Source: Phallusia mammillata
Taxonomy: Eukaryota
Assembly: GCA_965637545.1 (NCBI GenBank)
Contig: OZ281496.1
Span: 14,384,001-14,448,000, forward strand
Direction: 5' to 3'
Length of the DNA stretch: 64,000 nucleotides
Shown here: one piece after another, positions 38,480 to 51,049 of the stretch
Layout of the letters: every line of letters starts with the position of its first letter
Position numbering within the stretch: the first letter of the stretch is position 1
Program-made: the position numbers and the translations under genes
Notes under the pieces: generated by a model
The model's input: only the letters and a program-made list of their open reading frames with translations
Database searches by the model: none
Told to the model about the DNA's origin: nothing

Positions 38480-38760
38480 CTGTCTGTTTGGCGTTACTGT
38501 GTGTACAAACAATAGCTTTTCTGCATATCGTTGCAGAAGTTTGTTTCTTCTGTCTTTATGTACTGTTCCTGCCTCGCTGAACATACGTTTACTGAAAACG
38601 GATGATGGCGAACAAACGTGTTTTTTGCAACCGCCAAAAGAAACGGAAAGGTAGATCCATTATTTTTCCATCACAAGTTGGGATTACTTGCTCTTGGTAT
38701 TATAGGTAATGCTAGAATCGACCGTAGTTCTGAACTGATTTTGGTTAGTTTATTTTGTTC
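38480..38760 (-). mobile_element. ZBED/Ac-type hAT transposase dimerisation-domain remnant
   Basis: SELRSILALPIIPRASNPNL*WKNNGSTFPFLLAVAKK, then after a frameshift SSVFSKRMFSEAGTVHKDRRNKLLQRYAEKLLFVH. Confidence 0.7.
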
Positions 38761-39495
38761 CGGAGTTGATGTCGATTTCCGCTTAATTTTGAAACCAATT
38801 CCTCATCACACACAGTTTCGTTGAAATACGATCAAATGTCAGTGTCAGTTTGGTACGTCTCCCTACAGGCTGTTAAATGTTGCACTTTATTTTTTTAGGA
38901 AAACAAGGATTTGGAAACACTTCAAAGTGTCAAATTTGCACTTCCTGTCTTTCATGGATATAGACATACTTTAGAGTTAGACTGTCAGGTAACATAAAGG
39001 GAATTGTGTTTAAAGGTAATCGATTTAGCCACGAAAAACCTTTGAAAATCGATTTAGCCACGAAAAACCGAAAAACCAACCAAACCTTTGGTTGTGGATT
39101 GGCAGATGGAGAAGGAACGGAAAGACTACGGTCGTATTTTTAAGAAACAAAATTACCAAGTAACTAAGAGCAGGGCACCGAACTGGTCTGCTAATTGATG
39201 GTTTGCTCCTTCATGCAGAACAACAAAATAGTTGTTTGTACCTGTGTTTTGTTTATTGCATCAAACTGTAGTTTAGGATGTAAAGGATGGTTTAAGGCCG
39301 GCTGCACTACCACTGCTCAGCGCGCGACCAACGCCTGAAAAGCTTCTCGCGTCGTAAATTTCCTACGCGTGATGAGCGAAAAAATCGTGTCTGTCGCCTT
39401 GTGCGCCTGATGGCTGCCAACGTTGCGTACTGTCGACTGGTTTGTGACAAGTGTCTTCACTGTAGCCTCTGATCATCTTTTCATACACAGGTAAT

Positions 39496-40840
39496 ATGGA
39501 TTTAATTCAAAATGAACAGTGTATTTTGGAAGTTGAAAAATACCCAAATCTACATAATATTACACTTCATTCATATCGTGATCGAAAAAAAAACGGGAGA
39601 AAAGTTGAGAGGAGATTGCGAAGGCTTTTAATATTCAGGGTATGATAAAACTCATTTGTAGGTTCTCTGAGCCACAAACATTTGGAAAAATACAGATTGT
39701 GGTGAATGTTATTTCTATGTTGTGTTCCGGTTTACCTTGTTCCGTTTTTCCTTTCCGTTACGCCCCGTTACTTCCTTCCGGTCATTAGTGTTTTGTTTAG
39801 TTAGCGGTAGGATGTCTAGTTTTCTTGCGTATGGGCTTATTTGTTTTCTACATTTCCTGAGTCATTTATTGTTTGTGTTGCAGATACATTGCTGTATTTT
39901 TACTTTAATAAAGCCAGAGTTAAATTAACTCCTCAATGGTCATCACACAGATAAAATTTATTTTCTAGACTCTGACAGAGTACAGCAATGTATGTCTAGA
40001 TGGAAATCGATTAGAGACAAATATGTGAGAAAGAAAAGGAAGTTGGAAGAAAGTTTTAAAAGTGGTGCGGCAGCATCACATACAGCAGTTTGGCCAATGT
40101 TTAATATTTTGGAGTTTATTTCTCCGTCGTCAGCCAAGAAGGTAGTATTTCTAAACATGTTTAAAATATTTGACATAAAATTTCTGTACATTTTAGAACA
40201 TCATCAACTTCAGCCAGGCTGAAAATAATGAGATAGAAGTTGGGTCAGACTTTGTCATATTAGAAGACAATACTGGCAGTCCCAGTAGTGAGAACACAGG
40301 TGAGGGCCTGAAGACAGATTTGACATCACCCCAGTTCATACAGCAGACAATGATTAAAAAGTTTTGCAAAATGTGTTTTTGTATATCTGTATATACCTCA
40401 TCAGTGTGAAATGTTCCATCACATACCAACACATATCTACTGTTTATGTCTACACATGTTTCTTCACCAAACAAGAGAAGACATGATGATGTTGCTGAAA
40501 AACTACTTGAAGTGTTAAAAGAGCCTCCTCCAGGTATGAATATTATATGGTCAAATATATTAAGAGTGTACTTTAGTCAAATACTTTTTATATTTATTCA
40601 AACAAGTTGTAATTGCAGTTTTATGTATAGGTAAGTTACTTATAAATGAATCAGCACATACTTGCTGCAAAATGCTGTCACCATGAATTGTTGAAATATT
40701 GTGTTGCAAACATGACTGATATATATTTATTTTATTTATTAATTCACAATGATGAAGATGAACTGTTTGTGTCGCCCTGTTCGGTGAAGCGGTTGCATTG
40801 CACATGTGGTGTCCGGATGGGCAGACACTTCTTGACTTAG
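39496..40840 (+). pseudogene. Harbinger MADF/Myb-like DNA-binding protein gene
   Basis: ILEVEKYPNLHN..., CMSRWKSIRDKYVR..WPMFNILEFI and BESS-like DEDELF. Spliced, with frameshifts. Confidence 0.75.
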
Positions 40841-41346
40841 ACAAGACGAATCAATCTCATCACGCAGAAAATTATGCAAGATGGTGCATGCTTTGACAAT
40901 ATCATCGACGCGCGATGGATTGACCGCTATCGGCCTGCGAAAAACTCGAAATCTGGATGCCATAATGCCAAACGCGTTTTCCACAATGCGTCGAGCCCGT
41001 GACAATCTATAATTAAACACTTTTTTGTCGTAAAATCTTGTGGACGCTCCGCTCTCATTTCCTGCACCAGAGTGTGAAATTCACCTTGAAATAAAAACCG
41101 CTTACAAAAACCTAAATGTATGATTTACATTTCACAACATAACAAACCTTTTTGACTTCTGCGTTGCAATATAGGGTGAACCCAAAATTGTCTTTGTTTT
41201 CTTTTGGAAAGCAAGTAGCAGCATGCAATGACTTTACGACGGCGATTTTGCCACACTACTAAATTATTACTTTTGTACATTTTGTACCCTGTTTGTAGTG
41301 GCTGCAGTTGTTTACAAAAGAGAACAATCAGGTCGTCTTGCTTCAT
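40739..41346 (-). pseudogene. Harbinger transposase, internally deleted
   Basis: FWVHPILQRR and GEFHTLVQEMRAERPQDF jump directly to FNYRLSRARRIVENAFGIMASRFRVF..ACTILHNFL. The DDE core is missing. Confidence 0.85.
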
Positions 41347-42699
41347 TAATTTTTGTGTTCTCGTCGTGTAAACACCCTTCGCGTCAGACGCGCAGATCGC
41401 ACGCGCGCAGAGGATCACTGTGTAAACCGGCCTTAACCCAGCAAAAGCAGTGGGCAACAGCCATTAGAAAGTGAAACCCTTGCAGCAACAAAAGATTGAA
41501 AAAGTCTTTGCCACTTTATAATGCCCTTTCAAAGTTGCGTATGAAAATTCGATGATAATTTTAAGATGTGAGCAGATGCTTTCATATAACTGCGCGAAAA
41601 AGACAGAAAAAGTCGTGATAGAATAATGATTAAGATGACTGATGGTTTTATTGAGGGCATCAATCAACTTTCGCAGCAGCCTGCTGTTGTGGTGCAACTT
41701 GCTGACCCACCGAAAACAGTGTGATTACTGACTACGACTGTGTTTTTTTTATATGTAGACTTCTTTGTTTAATTTTTTCCTTCATACCTTCGTTTCAACT
41801 GATTATTTTTAAAACACTGTACTTCTGCAATTTTGCTCTGTACTACTGTGCCCATTTGTATACTTAGTTTTTTTTTTTTTTCTCATGCAAAAATTAATAC
41901 CATTGTGAACAAACACACACCTCACTTGTTTAGGTTAAATTTTTGAGACCGTCGCGGGGGTTGGGTTTGAAACAAATGTTCCTCTATGGCAGGGGTCACC
42001 AAACTACTTACGTCATTTAATCCGGCCCGCGACCACATTTTTTTGGTTTGTCAAATCGCATTGATAACTTTGTAACATTTAAAAATTAATCTACTTCTTA
42101 CGAAAGTTTTCCTGTCGCGATGTAGAACTAACACTTGTCGCGATCTAGAATTGATATTAGCACATTACCTTGTTTTATGGGATTGTAACGCCCAGGATTG
42201 ACCCAAAGCCAGTTTGTTACGACACAAACAAGACTACAAGTGTTAATTGTTCCCAAACAATTGCTTTCTTTGATCACTTGTGATGTAATATACAAGCATT
42301 GCTTGTAGGATGTGACTAACTTTACAATTTAAGTCGCATCAGCAGATTTTAATGGGATTATAGAAAGACCATGGCGTCCCTATTAAAATCGCCTTGCGGG
42401 CTAAGTTCGGAAAGACGGTGCTAGGGCATGTAAAAACACTGGTAGGTTCAACCTCAAGTGGCCGTGTGTATGGTTGTACAAGCATTGTGCTCTTGTTCAC
42501 AAATATTGTGAAGCGCACATTATGTATGGAGCCAGTTGAAATTAACAACATCATTTTCCCAAAGTATTTTTTGGTTTTACATTTGCTGACTTTTCTCAAA
42601 GCATTAAAGAATTTGGGCAGTTGGTTGCATTGATGGCAGTCATATTGCTGTAACACCACCAAGAGTTGGGTGAAAAGGATTACACAAACCGAAAAGGGT

Positions 42700-43170
42700 G
42701 GGATTCCCTTGTGCATAGAGTGTTAAGATTTGTGGTTAGATCATTATATGATAAAATCATTCCTGCAGTTTATGTTAAAAAACATTCCAATAAAAGTTTG
42801 GTGTGGTGATTTTGCTAGCTTTCGTGATGTCAGCATTAAGATGTCAGGAGGTTGTCATGATGCAGTTGTATTGAAAAAATTATTCACTACAGGTTTCCCA
42901 AATTAGTTTTTATAAAACAGATTGCTTTATAGCAGAAGTCAAATATAGTATGTTACTTAGGCACCACCCTAAACAGAAGGTGTTGATGTGCCATTGATGC
43001 TTTTTGGTGACCCAGCCTATCCACTTTTGCCTTGGCGCTGCAAACCATTCATAGGAAGTAAGCCAAGCCCAGTTCTAGAGGAAAACATACTCGCATCTGA
43101 GGAATTGTTGGCTAACAACGCTGCACCATCTAGCGAAGGTGCACTTTATCGTCAAGCTCCTTAAATTATT
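42700..43170 (+). mobile_element. Eroded Harbinger (HARBI1-like) transposase
   Basis: DVPLMLFGDPAYPLLPWRCKPF at about 42985-43050, with degenerate GFP motifs upstream. Confidence 0.6.
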
Positions 43171-44544
43171 CTAACTTTTTCAAATTTTTGTTTATTTATT
43201 TTGCTCGTACAATATTTAGGTTGCAATAACGTGTTTATTGAAATAAACTAACAGTTGAAAATAAAGAAACTAACAAAAAAGCTTTACAAAAGTCTTCAAT
43301 GTTTTTCTAATAATTGCAATAACTTTTTTTTATGATCGTCGAAGCAATTACGCATCAAATCCATTAACCGAACAAAACGCACCATCTTTTTCGCTTTTCA
43401 TTCGTTCCATCTCCGTTTGACCTTTAAACAGTTTTTTAAAAATCCTACTACTGCAAAAGTTAGTACAACAGACTACCTCTTCTGTGTCGTCATCTAGCCG
43501 GGGTTTCCTCCTGCGCAGATGTAGCTTCCGAAGCCGAAGAGGAGGTACCGCGAGTTGCAGTTCTATTAGACCTGGCTTTGACTTAGGATACCAAGAAAAT
43601 TCCAGCGAGAATGTCAAATCGAAGCCTTGCACATTCAAGTAATATTTATTTGTTAAACTTACAATACTTGTATGTTATAAATAACCTTACACATTTTTAC
43701 AGAGCTTTGAAGGCAAGACAAATCCATTAATTGTTGCCAGCATTCACAAAATAAAGTAGGAATACAAAGTTCTCCGAAACAAAATGCCAACATGCGTTTC
43801 AATTTTGGAACTTCTGAGCAGTTACTTTAATAAAAATCCGTCACAAATTTTAAAAGGCATTCAAGTAAGTATATATTTTGTACCATCATATATCTACTTT
43901 TTTACAGGACGGCTGACTGCTGCGGGACACAATTAAAAATGGTGACCAAAATCCATTATTTGATCTGATGATGTGTTGCATTACAATTCCAGGCCATTTT
44001 TCAGCATCAGCCAACAGGTTCTTGCTAATTGTTGAAAGAAACCAATTTATGAATGCTGTGACTATTTTACAATTTTCGCTGGCCTCTTTTGTTCATTCTA
44101 AGTGTTTAACATACAGATCCTCGAAGTTCACAGGCATCTGACGTGATGCTTTCAGCGTGCTACAGGTACCTGCTCAAAGATTAGAGACGCAATCATTCGT
44201 TATCGCGGGCTGTTTTCGTTGCGTTGTGACGTGCTTGCGTTTATAAATTATGTAGACCTAAAAGGGGCGGTACAGGGAAAAAAAGTTGAGAAACACTGAC
44301 TTAATCAAACTGGGTTGCAACCACTGATCTCTATAAACCCTGGATTGCGCTACTGGCCGTCACGGTTGAAGCAAATTGAAGCGTAATGGCGGCTGAAAAG
44401 GAAGCCCCAAAAATGCATTGCGGGCAATGGGGAGAGAGTGGAAAAATGACGATAATTTTTATTTTAGGCATCTGTATAGCGATTTTTGCAGATGTAATTT
44501 TTGGTTAATAGGACGAAGCGACCTGCGCCTTTATAACGACCAAC

Positions 44545-45149
44545 ATGACTCATCCCTTGGAGAGGATAGCCAAGACAGAGGATGAAAGGCCCATGAAGCG
44601 CCGTTTCGTGCAAGCGGAGTGGGACGAGAAGTGTGAACCTCCTACGATATTAAAGAAAATGAGGATCGAATCTAGCCTTACAGATGAACTGGTTATTGAT
44701 CAAGCAACCGAGATCCATAAAAAAAGCACAGAGGGACGGGGAATAGAATGCAGTATGCTTGTAACAGAACACATAGATTATATTACAAATTGGATGGAAA
44801 TATGGAACGACGCCAGTTCAGATGAAGAAAGCGACCAAGAAGACAATGAGAAGAACGAAGCCCCTTGCGAGTGGGAGAACAATAGCCACGAAGAAGAGCA
44901 GAGGAAGAAATAGCAGGCCCAAGCCACAAATCACCAAAGAGAAAATCAGTGGGGAATACAGATGAGGAAGCAACGCAACGATATCCCTTCATCAATGGGC
45001 CAGATGGAGTAGAAGCACTGTACCTACCACTTACACCGGACCATGACTGGGATAGCAGAACCTGTCACCACAAGGGATGTCAAGCCCAGTGCAATTGTGA
45101 AGAAGACCTATTAGAAGCTGCAATGGCAGAAATATTCGAGGGGCAATAG
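44545..45149 (+). other. Orphan acidic coding-like region (122-aa ORF plus frameshifted 66-aa continuation)
   Basis: ATG-initiated, purine-rich and intronless, with a TATA-like tttataa just upstream. No family recognised. Confidence 0.35.
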
Positions 45150-45159
45150 TGTCAACACT

Positions 45160-45231
45160 ACACTACTTAAACAGTGTAAAGTGTCTACACTACCTAAGCA
45201 GTGCAAACAAAAAACACTACTAAGGCAGTGT
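45160..45231. repeat. Three imperfect palindromes at 27-bp spacing
   Basis: acactacttaaacagtgt (45160), acactacctaagcagtgc (45187), acactactaaggcagtgt (45214). Confidence 0.75.
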
Positions 45232-45239
45232 AGTGCATT

Positions 45240-46339
45240 CTTAAGAAACACTTCCTGTGAAGCAATTTAGCAGCTACTGTTTAGACAAACAGTACATGTC
45301 CATTATATCATACTCATCTTTTTCATCATGTCCACGTAAGGTAGTTTCAAAGTTTCCACAGAACAAAATGCAGTCTATTATTTTGGACAAAATTTCACGA
45401 TTTCTTTTTTCACTTTTTTGTTGTGTTCAATAATTGAAAGTCTATATACGCCTCACTAAGTTTTTCCTTAACATTTATAGTTCCCGTGAAACATCATTGT
45501 CCACATGCTTCTTTGACATCTCATGTTTTTCTGCTTTCTCACCTATTTTGGCTACATTTGTAAAACCATCTTTTGTCCGTCATTTTTCATCACCTCCAAA
45601 CAGCAAACATGGAAAACAGAACAGTGCATTTTTAACTTCACAACCACAAAACCATTTTTTCTTTTGATACCATTTAGAATTAAAACAGCGTATATATTTC
45701 TTGTTGTGGCTCATTCCTGGCTGACAAAGTTGAATATCAGGCGTTGGACGCTCTTTTTTCTTTATACTTACCTTTTCAGCACTTGATAACTGCGAAATCT
45801 TAAGTTGCTGAAGCTCACTTACAGTCACCGAACTAGAATCTTGAAAAGCCATGATTAACCTTTCAATCAAAAACTGTAAAAATGATTAAAAAAGAATAAC
45901 TGTCGTACTGTACTCATTGTCGAACCTGATGGTACACGTGATTTGCTTTGGCACACAATAAACGCGGAACAGACAACTACTTCCGGGTGCCAAGGTCACA
46001 CGCTACGTGAATGGTGGAGCTGCGCGAGCCGCAGCACCCTGGCTCCTATTTCGCCCAGCATGTAGCTTTTCAAAGTGCGCATGCGCAGAACCGCAAAACG
46101 TCATGAAACGTCAGAAAACTGGAGCTGCAGTTCCAGCATAGATATACATTAGTGTTTCCCCAAAAATTTTTTTTAATGACAAAAAAGGTGATTAGGGCGG
46201 AAATTATGCTTGTTATATATTGCTAAGGAATAAAAAATAAAAATAATGAAAGTTATTTGTAATATTATGGTAGGTGTATTAAGTAAAAATATCTAGGGGG
46301 TGCTGCAGCTCCGCTGCACCCTAGCACGAGCCACCCCTG
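45240..46339 (-). mobile_element. Non-autonomous ZMYM1-like hAT (TTF zinc-finger 5' part)
   Basis: RPTPDIQL..YIRCFNSKWYQKKKWFCGCEVKNALFCFPCLLFGG. Terminus gcacgagccacccctg ends at 46339. Closely similar inverted copy at 62580-63342. Confidence 0.85.
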
Positions 46340-46519
46340 AACAAACCAAAACATGGCGGCCGCCACCGTGCTTTAAAAACCCAAGGTGGGGACGCCACTC
46401 GCCGAGGCAATTGTCGCTTGCTTTCGCCTATTCTGCACGCTTTAATGAGATGAGACAACAGCGGCGAGCTTGTTATTGAAGACAAAACAGTGCAGTTCAA
46501 GTTCCGCATAAGTACCTTG

Positions 46520-47130
46520 CTACTGTTATCCTTTCCAGAAGTCTTCATGGAGGCCTACTACTGTGAATCAATTTATCAACCTTATTATCATCATGTTTGT
46601 GAACAACTTAAAAGTAGGTTTGGAAGTCGAATAAAAAAGGCTGTAGCCATTAGCCATATGATTGCCTATTTTTTTATTTTTTTTATTCATTTTAAAAAAA
46701 TTATTCATTTTCAGTAACATAATTGTTTCAATTTTAAGGTTCTTCAAACGCCGGGTGCAGGAACTTGTTGAGTTTATATTCTGACGACGTGGAAATATTT
46801 CCTATCGTCTTGGCTAAGATGGAAATGTGATACAAAAAGTGGAACAAATTGCAAAACTAAAAAGACCAAAGAACAATAAAAAACGCAAATCCGGATTTTT
46901 TTCAAAATCTACGTGTTCTTTTGGGTATTTGTTTACGTTTAAAAGTATTTATAATCGCTAAGCTTCATTTATTACAAAACCAGATATTATCGAAGCTACC
47001 CGTCAGTACAGCTTTGACTGAACGGTCTCTTTTCAATTCTTCGTCGACCAAAAACTCACTTGCGGAACACAGTTGGCGAAGGCGACAGAATGGCTCACAC
47101 TTCCTAATGTACATCGTAAAATTGAAGTGA
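46520..47130 (+). mobile_element. Eroded hAT transposase C-terminal part
   Basis: EAYYCESIYQPYYHHVCEQLKSRFG and LPVSTALTERS..KTHLRNTVG. Confidence 0.6.
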
Positions 47131-47513
47131 TTGACATGTTATGTGTAAAGAAAAGCCGTAGGCCCAATTTGATATTGTGAGGTGTATTTTTTGCATTTCA
47201 AAGAATTTATCCGTCTCGGCACGTTTTAGGTCTAGAAAACACAAGTTGTCCAACCCATTGTTACGCGAAAGAACCCCATGGACGCCATTTTGTGTTAGTA
47301 CAGCAGGTATAGGCAGAAACGCATATTTTTGTTAAATTTAAATAACTGTAAAGACTAGAAATAAATTCAACGGCCTAATTTTTTTTAAAAATATGCTTAA
47401 TTGTTTTCCATGTGGTAAGGTAGCCGAAAAGGCTTACGCTGCTGATTTTGTATCACTATAAAAGTGTATTTTTAAGGTTTTAAAATTAAGTATTTTACTG
47501 CTGAAATTGCGTA

Positions 47514-47870
47514 ATGGGAGGATGCTCAGATCCAAACTGTTGAAAAAAACAGAAGCAAATGTGGGATTCGGATGTTTAGATTTCCCATAAATGCGCAGCT
47601 CCGACGACGTTGGTTGCAAAATTATCGTCTGAATAAGTGGGCGCCCAACAAAAACAGTCGCTTGTGCAAGGTTAGAGTAGCATATTTTTTTGGCAGTTGA
47701 GCATTAAACATTAACCTGGTTTAATTTAGACCCGTTTTGAGTCAAATCAATTTGAAAAAAAGAGCAGACAAGTTTAAAAGGCTTAAGTTGGGAGCGGTAC
47801 CCACGCTTTTTAGTGTCCCGAACTGTCCAGCAAAACTTTCCAGCGAGAGACGCATGGATGAAAGTGTCTC
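47514..47870 (+). mobile_element. THAP domain (P-element/THAP9-like transposase N-terminus), degenerate
   Basis: MGGCSDPNC, then after a frameshift RMFRFPINAQLRRRWLQNYRLNKWAPNKNSRLCK, an intron, and KRLKLGAVPTLF (THAP AVPT box). Confidence 0.75.
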
Positions 47871-48018
47871 TCAAGGTAAAAACACATACAAAACCAAACA
47901 TTTAATGTTGGTAAAGAAAATTGTATTTGGAACCTAATCACGACCACAAGTTATGCAAAAAAACTAGAACTAGAGGGAAAATAGAAAATACAGAAGAGAA
48001 CAAGAAGAAGATATAGAG

Positions 48019-48510
48019 CAGGGGTGGCCAACCTGTTAGACGTCAGGATCGACAAAAATTTTCTTAATTGCAGGCGATCGACTGGTAGTAATTTAGGCTC
48101 CCACTAACGTAAAGCAATAACGCATATTTCATGACATTTGATTGGCAATTACCACATGTTTATAGTCATGAGTTTTAGTTCTTACAACAATAAAACGTCT
48201 CATATGTACACATTTTTCATCAAATTAGTCAGAGGGAACTTTTAAATCTCCCCAAACAATTGCAACTGCTTCGTTAACACCCAAGTTGTAACGACAAACA
48301 TTGTAGTTGTTACGACATAATGTGTCAAAATAACAATTGTTACGCAACAAAGAAATTAAATTTACATAATTATTGTCTCATTGCACATTTGTGCTTTGTG
48401 TCAGAAGTGCTGTTTTATATTTTTTTACTTGTTTTTAAATTATTAATAAGCTTTTGATTAGTAGTAGAGATTTTAGTGCGATCGACCAGTCGATTTTAGT
48501 GCGATCGACC
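48019..48510. mobile_element. hAT MITE, right end truncated
   Basis: Starts caggggtggccaacc, with repeated gcgatcgac motifs. Confidence 0.65.
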
Positions 48511-48552
48511 ATGAATTTTACAGAGTCATCTTAGTACAAACTGCATGCTGTA

Positions 48553-50860
48553 GTGATGTCACGGCAAAAATTATTTACTGCTGATGAAGCTTTAGATAAA
48601 TTGTTTGCACTAACAGAAAATTGTAGTGATTCTGAAGCAGAGGGTGATCTAGTAGAGGAGGAAGAAGAAGTTTTAGCTGAGTCAATGTTCTGTGCCACAC
48701 CAGACAAACAGGAGGAGGTCACCGTTGAAGTGATATGCCCCAGTAACAGCATTGAAACAAGACATAGTGCAAACAAAAGTACACTAGTCAAGATAAAAAA
48801 GCGGAAGTTGCTAGCTAGAGTAACAAGAAAAAGGTCACATGATCAAACAGAAAGAACAGATGTTGATCTTAGTTTGTTTAGTTGAGAGGAGGATGGAGAA
48901 AATGTACAAACCTCAGATATAAAAGACAGAAACACTGTTGACGACAATGGTTGGTCTTCAAGACCTTGTTCTTTCTTTGATGAACTCCCAGATTTTGGTT
49001 CTACATCAGTTTCTACTAGTGCCACCCATGACTTTGGGTCTGACACACTTTCAGGACATTTTTTGAGAGATTTTTCAATGATACGCTGTGGAACTTTTTG
49101 ATCAAAGAAACTAACAAATATGCAGTTCAGAAGGGAATTAAATACTGGTCCCCAGTTTCAGTTGATGAGATGAAAGCATTTGTGGGGACATGCATTTTGA
49201 TGGGAATCCACAAATTGCCTTCAGTTGATTGCTTTTGGTCATGAGATCCAATATTACGTGTTGAGTCCATTCACCAAGTAATGACATGTAAACGTTTTAA
49301 AAAAATCACTGAGGCTCTTCACTGCAATGACATTACAACTGCAATCCAGAGAGGAAATTCAGGCTATGATAAACTTCATAAAGTTCGACCACTTATTAAT
49401 CATTTTGATAACGTTGCACAGTTTGAAAATAGGCATTCATCTTTTCAGTCTATTGATGAGTCTATGATTTTGTTCAAGGGGAGAAATGCAATAAAACAGT
49501 ATATGCCACTAAAACCAATAAAGAGAGGATATAAAGCTTGGGTAAGAGCTGACCCATTAACCGGTTATGCATCTCAGTTCGAAATTTATACTGGCAGATC
49601 ATCTGAATCTGGTAAACCAAGTGATTCATTTGGTAGTAAAGTGGTGAAATTACTCAGTAAAACTATATGTACTGAGCAATATGAGAATCATCCAATACTT
49701 CTTGTTTTTGATAATTTTTTCACTTCATTTGAATTGTTAATGTTTTTGCATGAGGCAAATATGTTTTCAGTTGGCACTGTTCGGGCAAACAAAAAAAGCA
49801 ATCTTGTTCGTGGCGAATCAAAGTCTTCAACTATAGAAAATGTTTGTGCAATACAATGGAAAGACAATCGAATAGTAAACCTGCTTACTACTGCAATACA
49901 ATGGAAAGACAAATCGAAGGACACAGAAAGATGGATCAAGAACAAAGTTATCCTGCCCAAAAGCCATTAAAGATTACACAGCATATATGAGAGGAGTTGA
50001 TCGATTTGATCAGCTTAAAGAATATTATTCTGTGTCAAGAAAATCAAAGAAGTACTGGCATAGACTGTTTTACTTTATTTTGGAAGCAAGTTTAGCCAAC
50101 TCTTACATACTCCACCAGGGGTGACACTAAAACGCTGAATGGGCGGGATGGGCGGGACGTCGCGGAAACCGCTCAATATCGGGTAAATTGCTGACGGTTA
50201 GTGCTGTTAGGGTTAGGTTGAGGTTTTATAATAGTATATGAATCAAAAAATGTCCCTGCCTAAAACTTATTCAACTATTTCCTGACATTAGGCAAAAATG
50301 CTATGGCGGGACGTCGCGGGAGATGGCGGGACGTTTCGGGCGCGGAATGTAGTGTTCGGCGGAATTTTTTTTAATGATTTACTATTATAAAACCTTATCC
50401 CAACCTTAATAGCTCCAACCGTCAGCAATTTAACCCGATATTTAGCGGTTTTCACGACGTCCCGCCATCTTCCGCGACGTCCCGCCCTCCATTCCGCCCA
50501 TTCAGCGTTTTAGTGTCACCCTCCACCAGGTTTATTATGATGGGCATAACATTAAGCCAAAATCTTCCCATTTGCAGTTCAATAAACAGGTTGCCCTGTA
50601 TTTGATTGCCAACTTTAGCTCAAGAAAAAGAAAAGTTATTCACCCATGTTATTATCTCCATAAAAAATCTGCTCATGGGAAGAAAATTTGTGTCCCACCT
50701 GAAATTCGATTTCAAAATGTTGGGCAACATCTTCTACAGGCAGTTGAAACTTACGGAAGGTGTAGATTGTGTTCAAGTGTAAAAAAAGACAAAAGAAGCA
50801 AAATTATTTGTCCTACATGTATGGTTCCCTAGTGTATTGCACCTTTTTTTCAAGTTTTGT
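48553..50860 (+). mobile_element. piggyBac (PGBD4-like) transposase pseudogene
   Basis: DKLHKVRPL, SIDESMILFKGR..QYMPLKPIKRGYK, FDNFFTS, YMRGVDRFDQ and C-terminal GRCRLC..CPTC. Stops and frameshifts. Element ends not found. Confidence 0.9.
50119..50521. mobile_element. Foldback MITE with GG termini and 8-bp TSD (Merlin-like)
   Basis: 28-bp perfect TIR gggtgacactaaaacgctgaatgggcgg, extended imperfectly for more than 100 bp. TSD tccaccag (50111-50118, 50522-50529). Inserted in the piggyBac CDS. Confidence 0.85.
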
Positions 50861-51049
50861 AAAAATAAAAGCAGTTCAGGTTTTGTAAAATAAAAGGTGC
50901 ATTCTTGCTAAATGTTTATTGGTAGCGAAACACATGTTAATTTTGCCAATGCAAACTTCCTTCGTGAAGTAGTTTGCTAAAGCATCACGAACAACTGTGC
51001 ATCAGCAGTGCTTCTACGAATGCCAGAAAAAGGTAGTAGGGTGTTTGTC

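Larger units (their letters stand above)
39296..41432. mobile_element. Harbinger/PIF deletion derivative
   Basis: Imperfect TIRs starting GGCCGG, with TTAA on both flanks (39292-39295, 41433-41436). Convergent MADF and transposase genes. Confidence 0.85.

Noticed and set aside
45160-45231. CRISPR-like repeat-spacer pattern
   Set aside because: Eukaryotic context, only three units, 9-nt spacers and no cas genes. Kept as a repeat.
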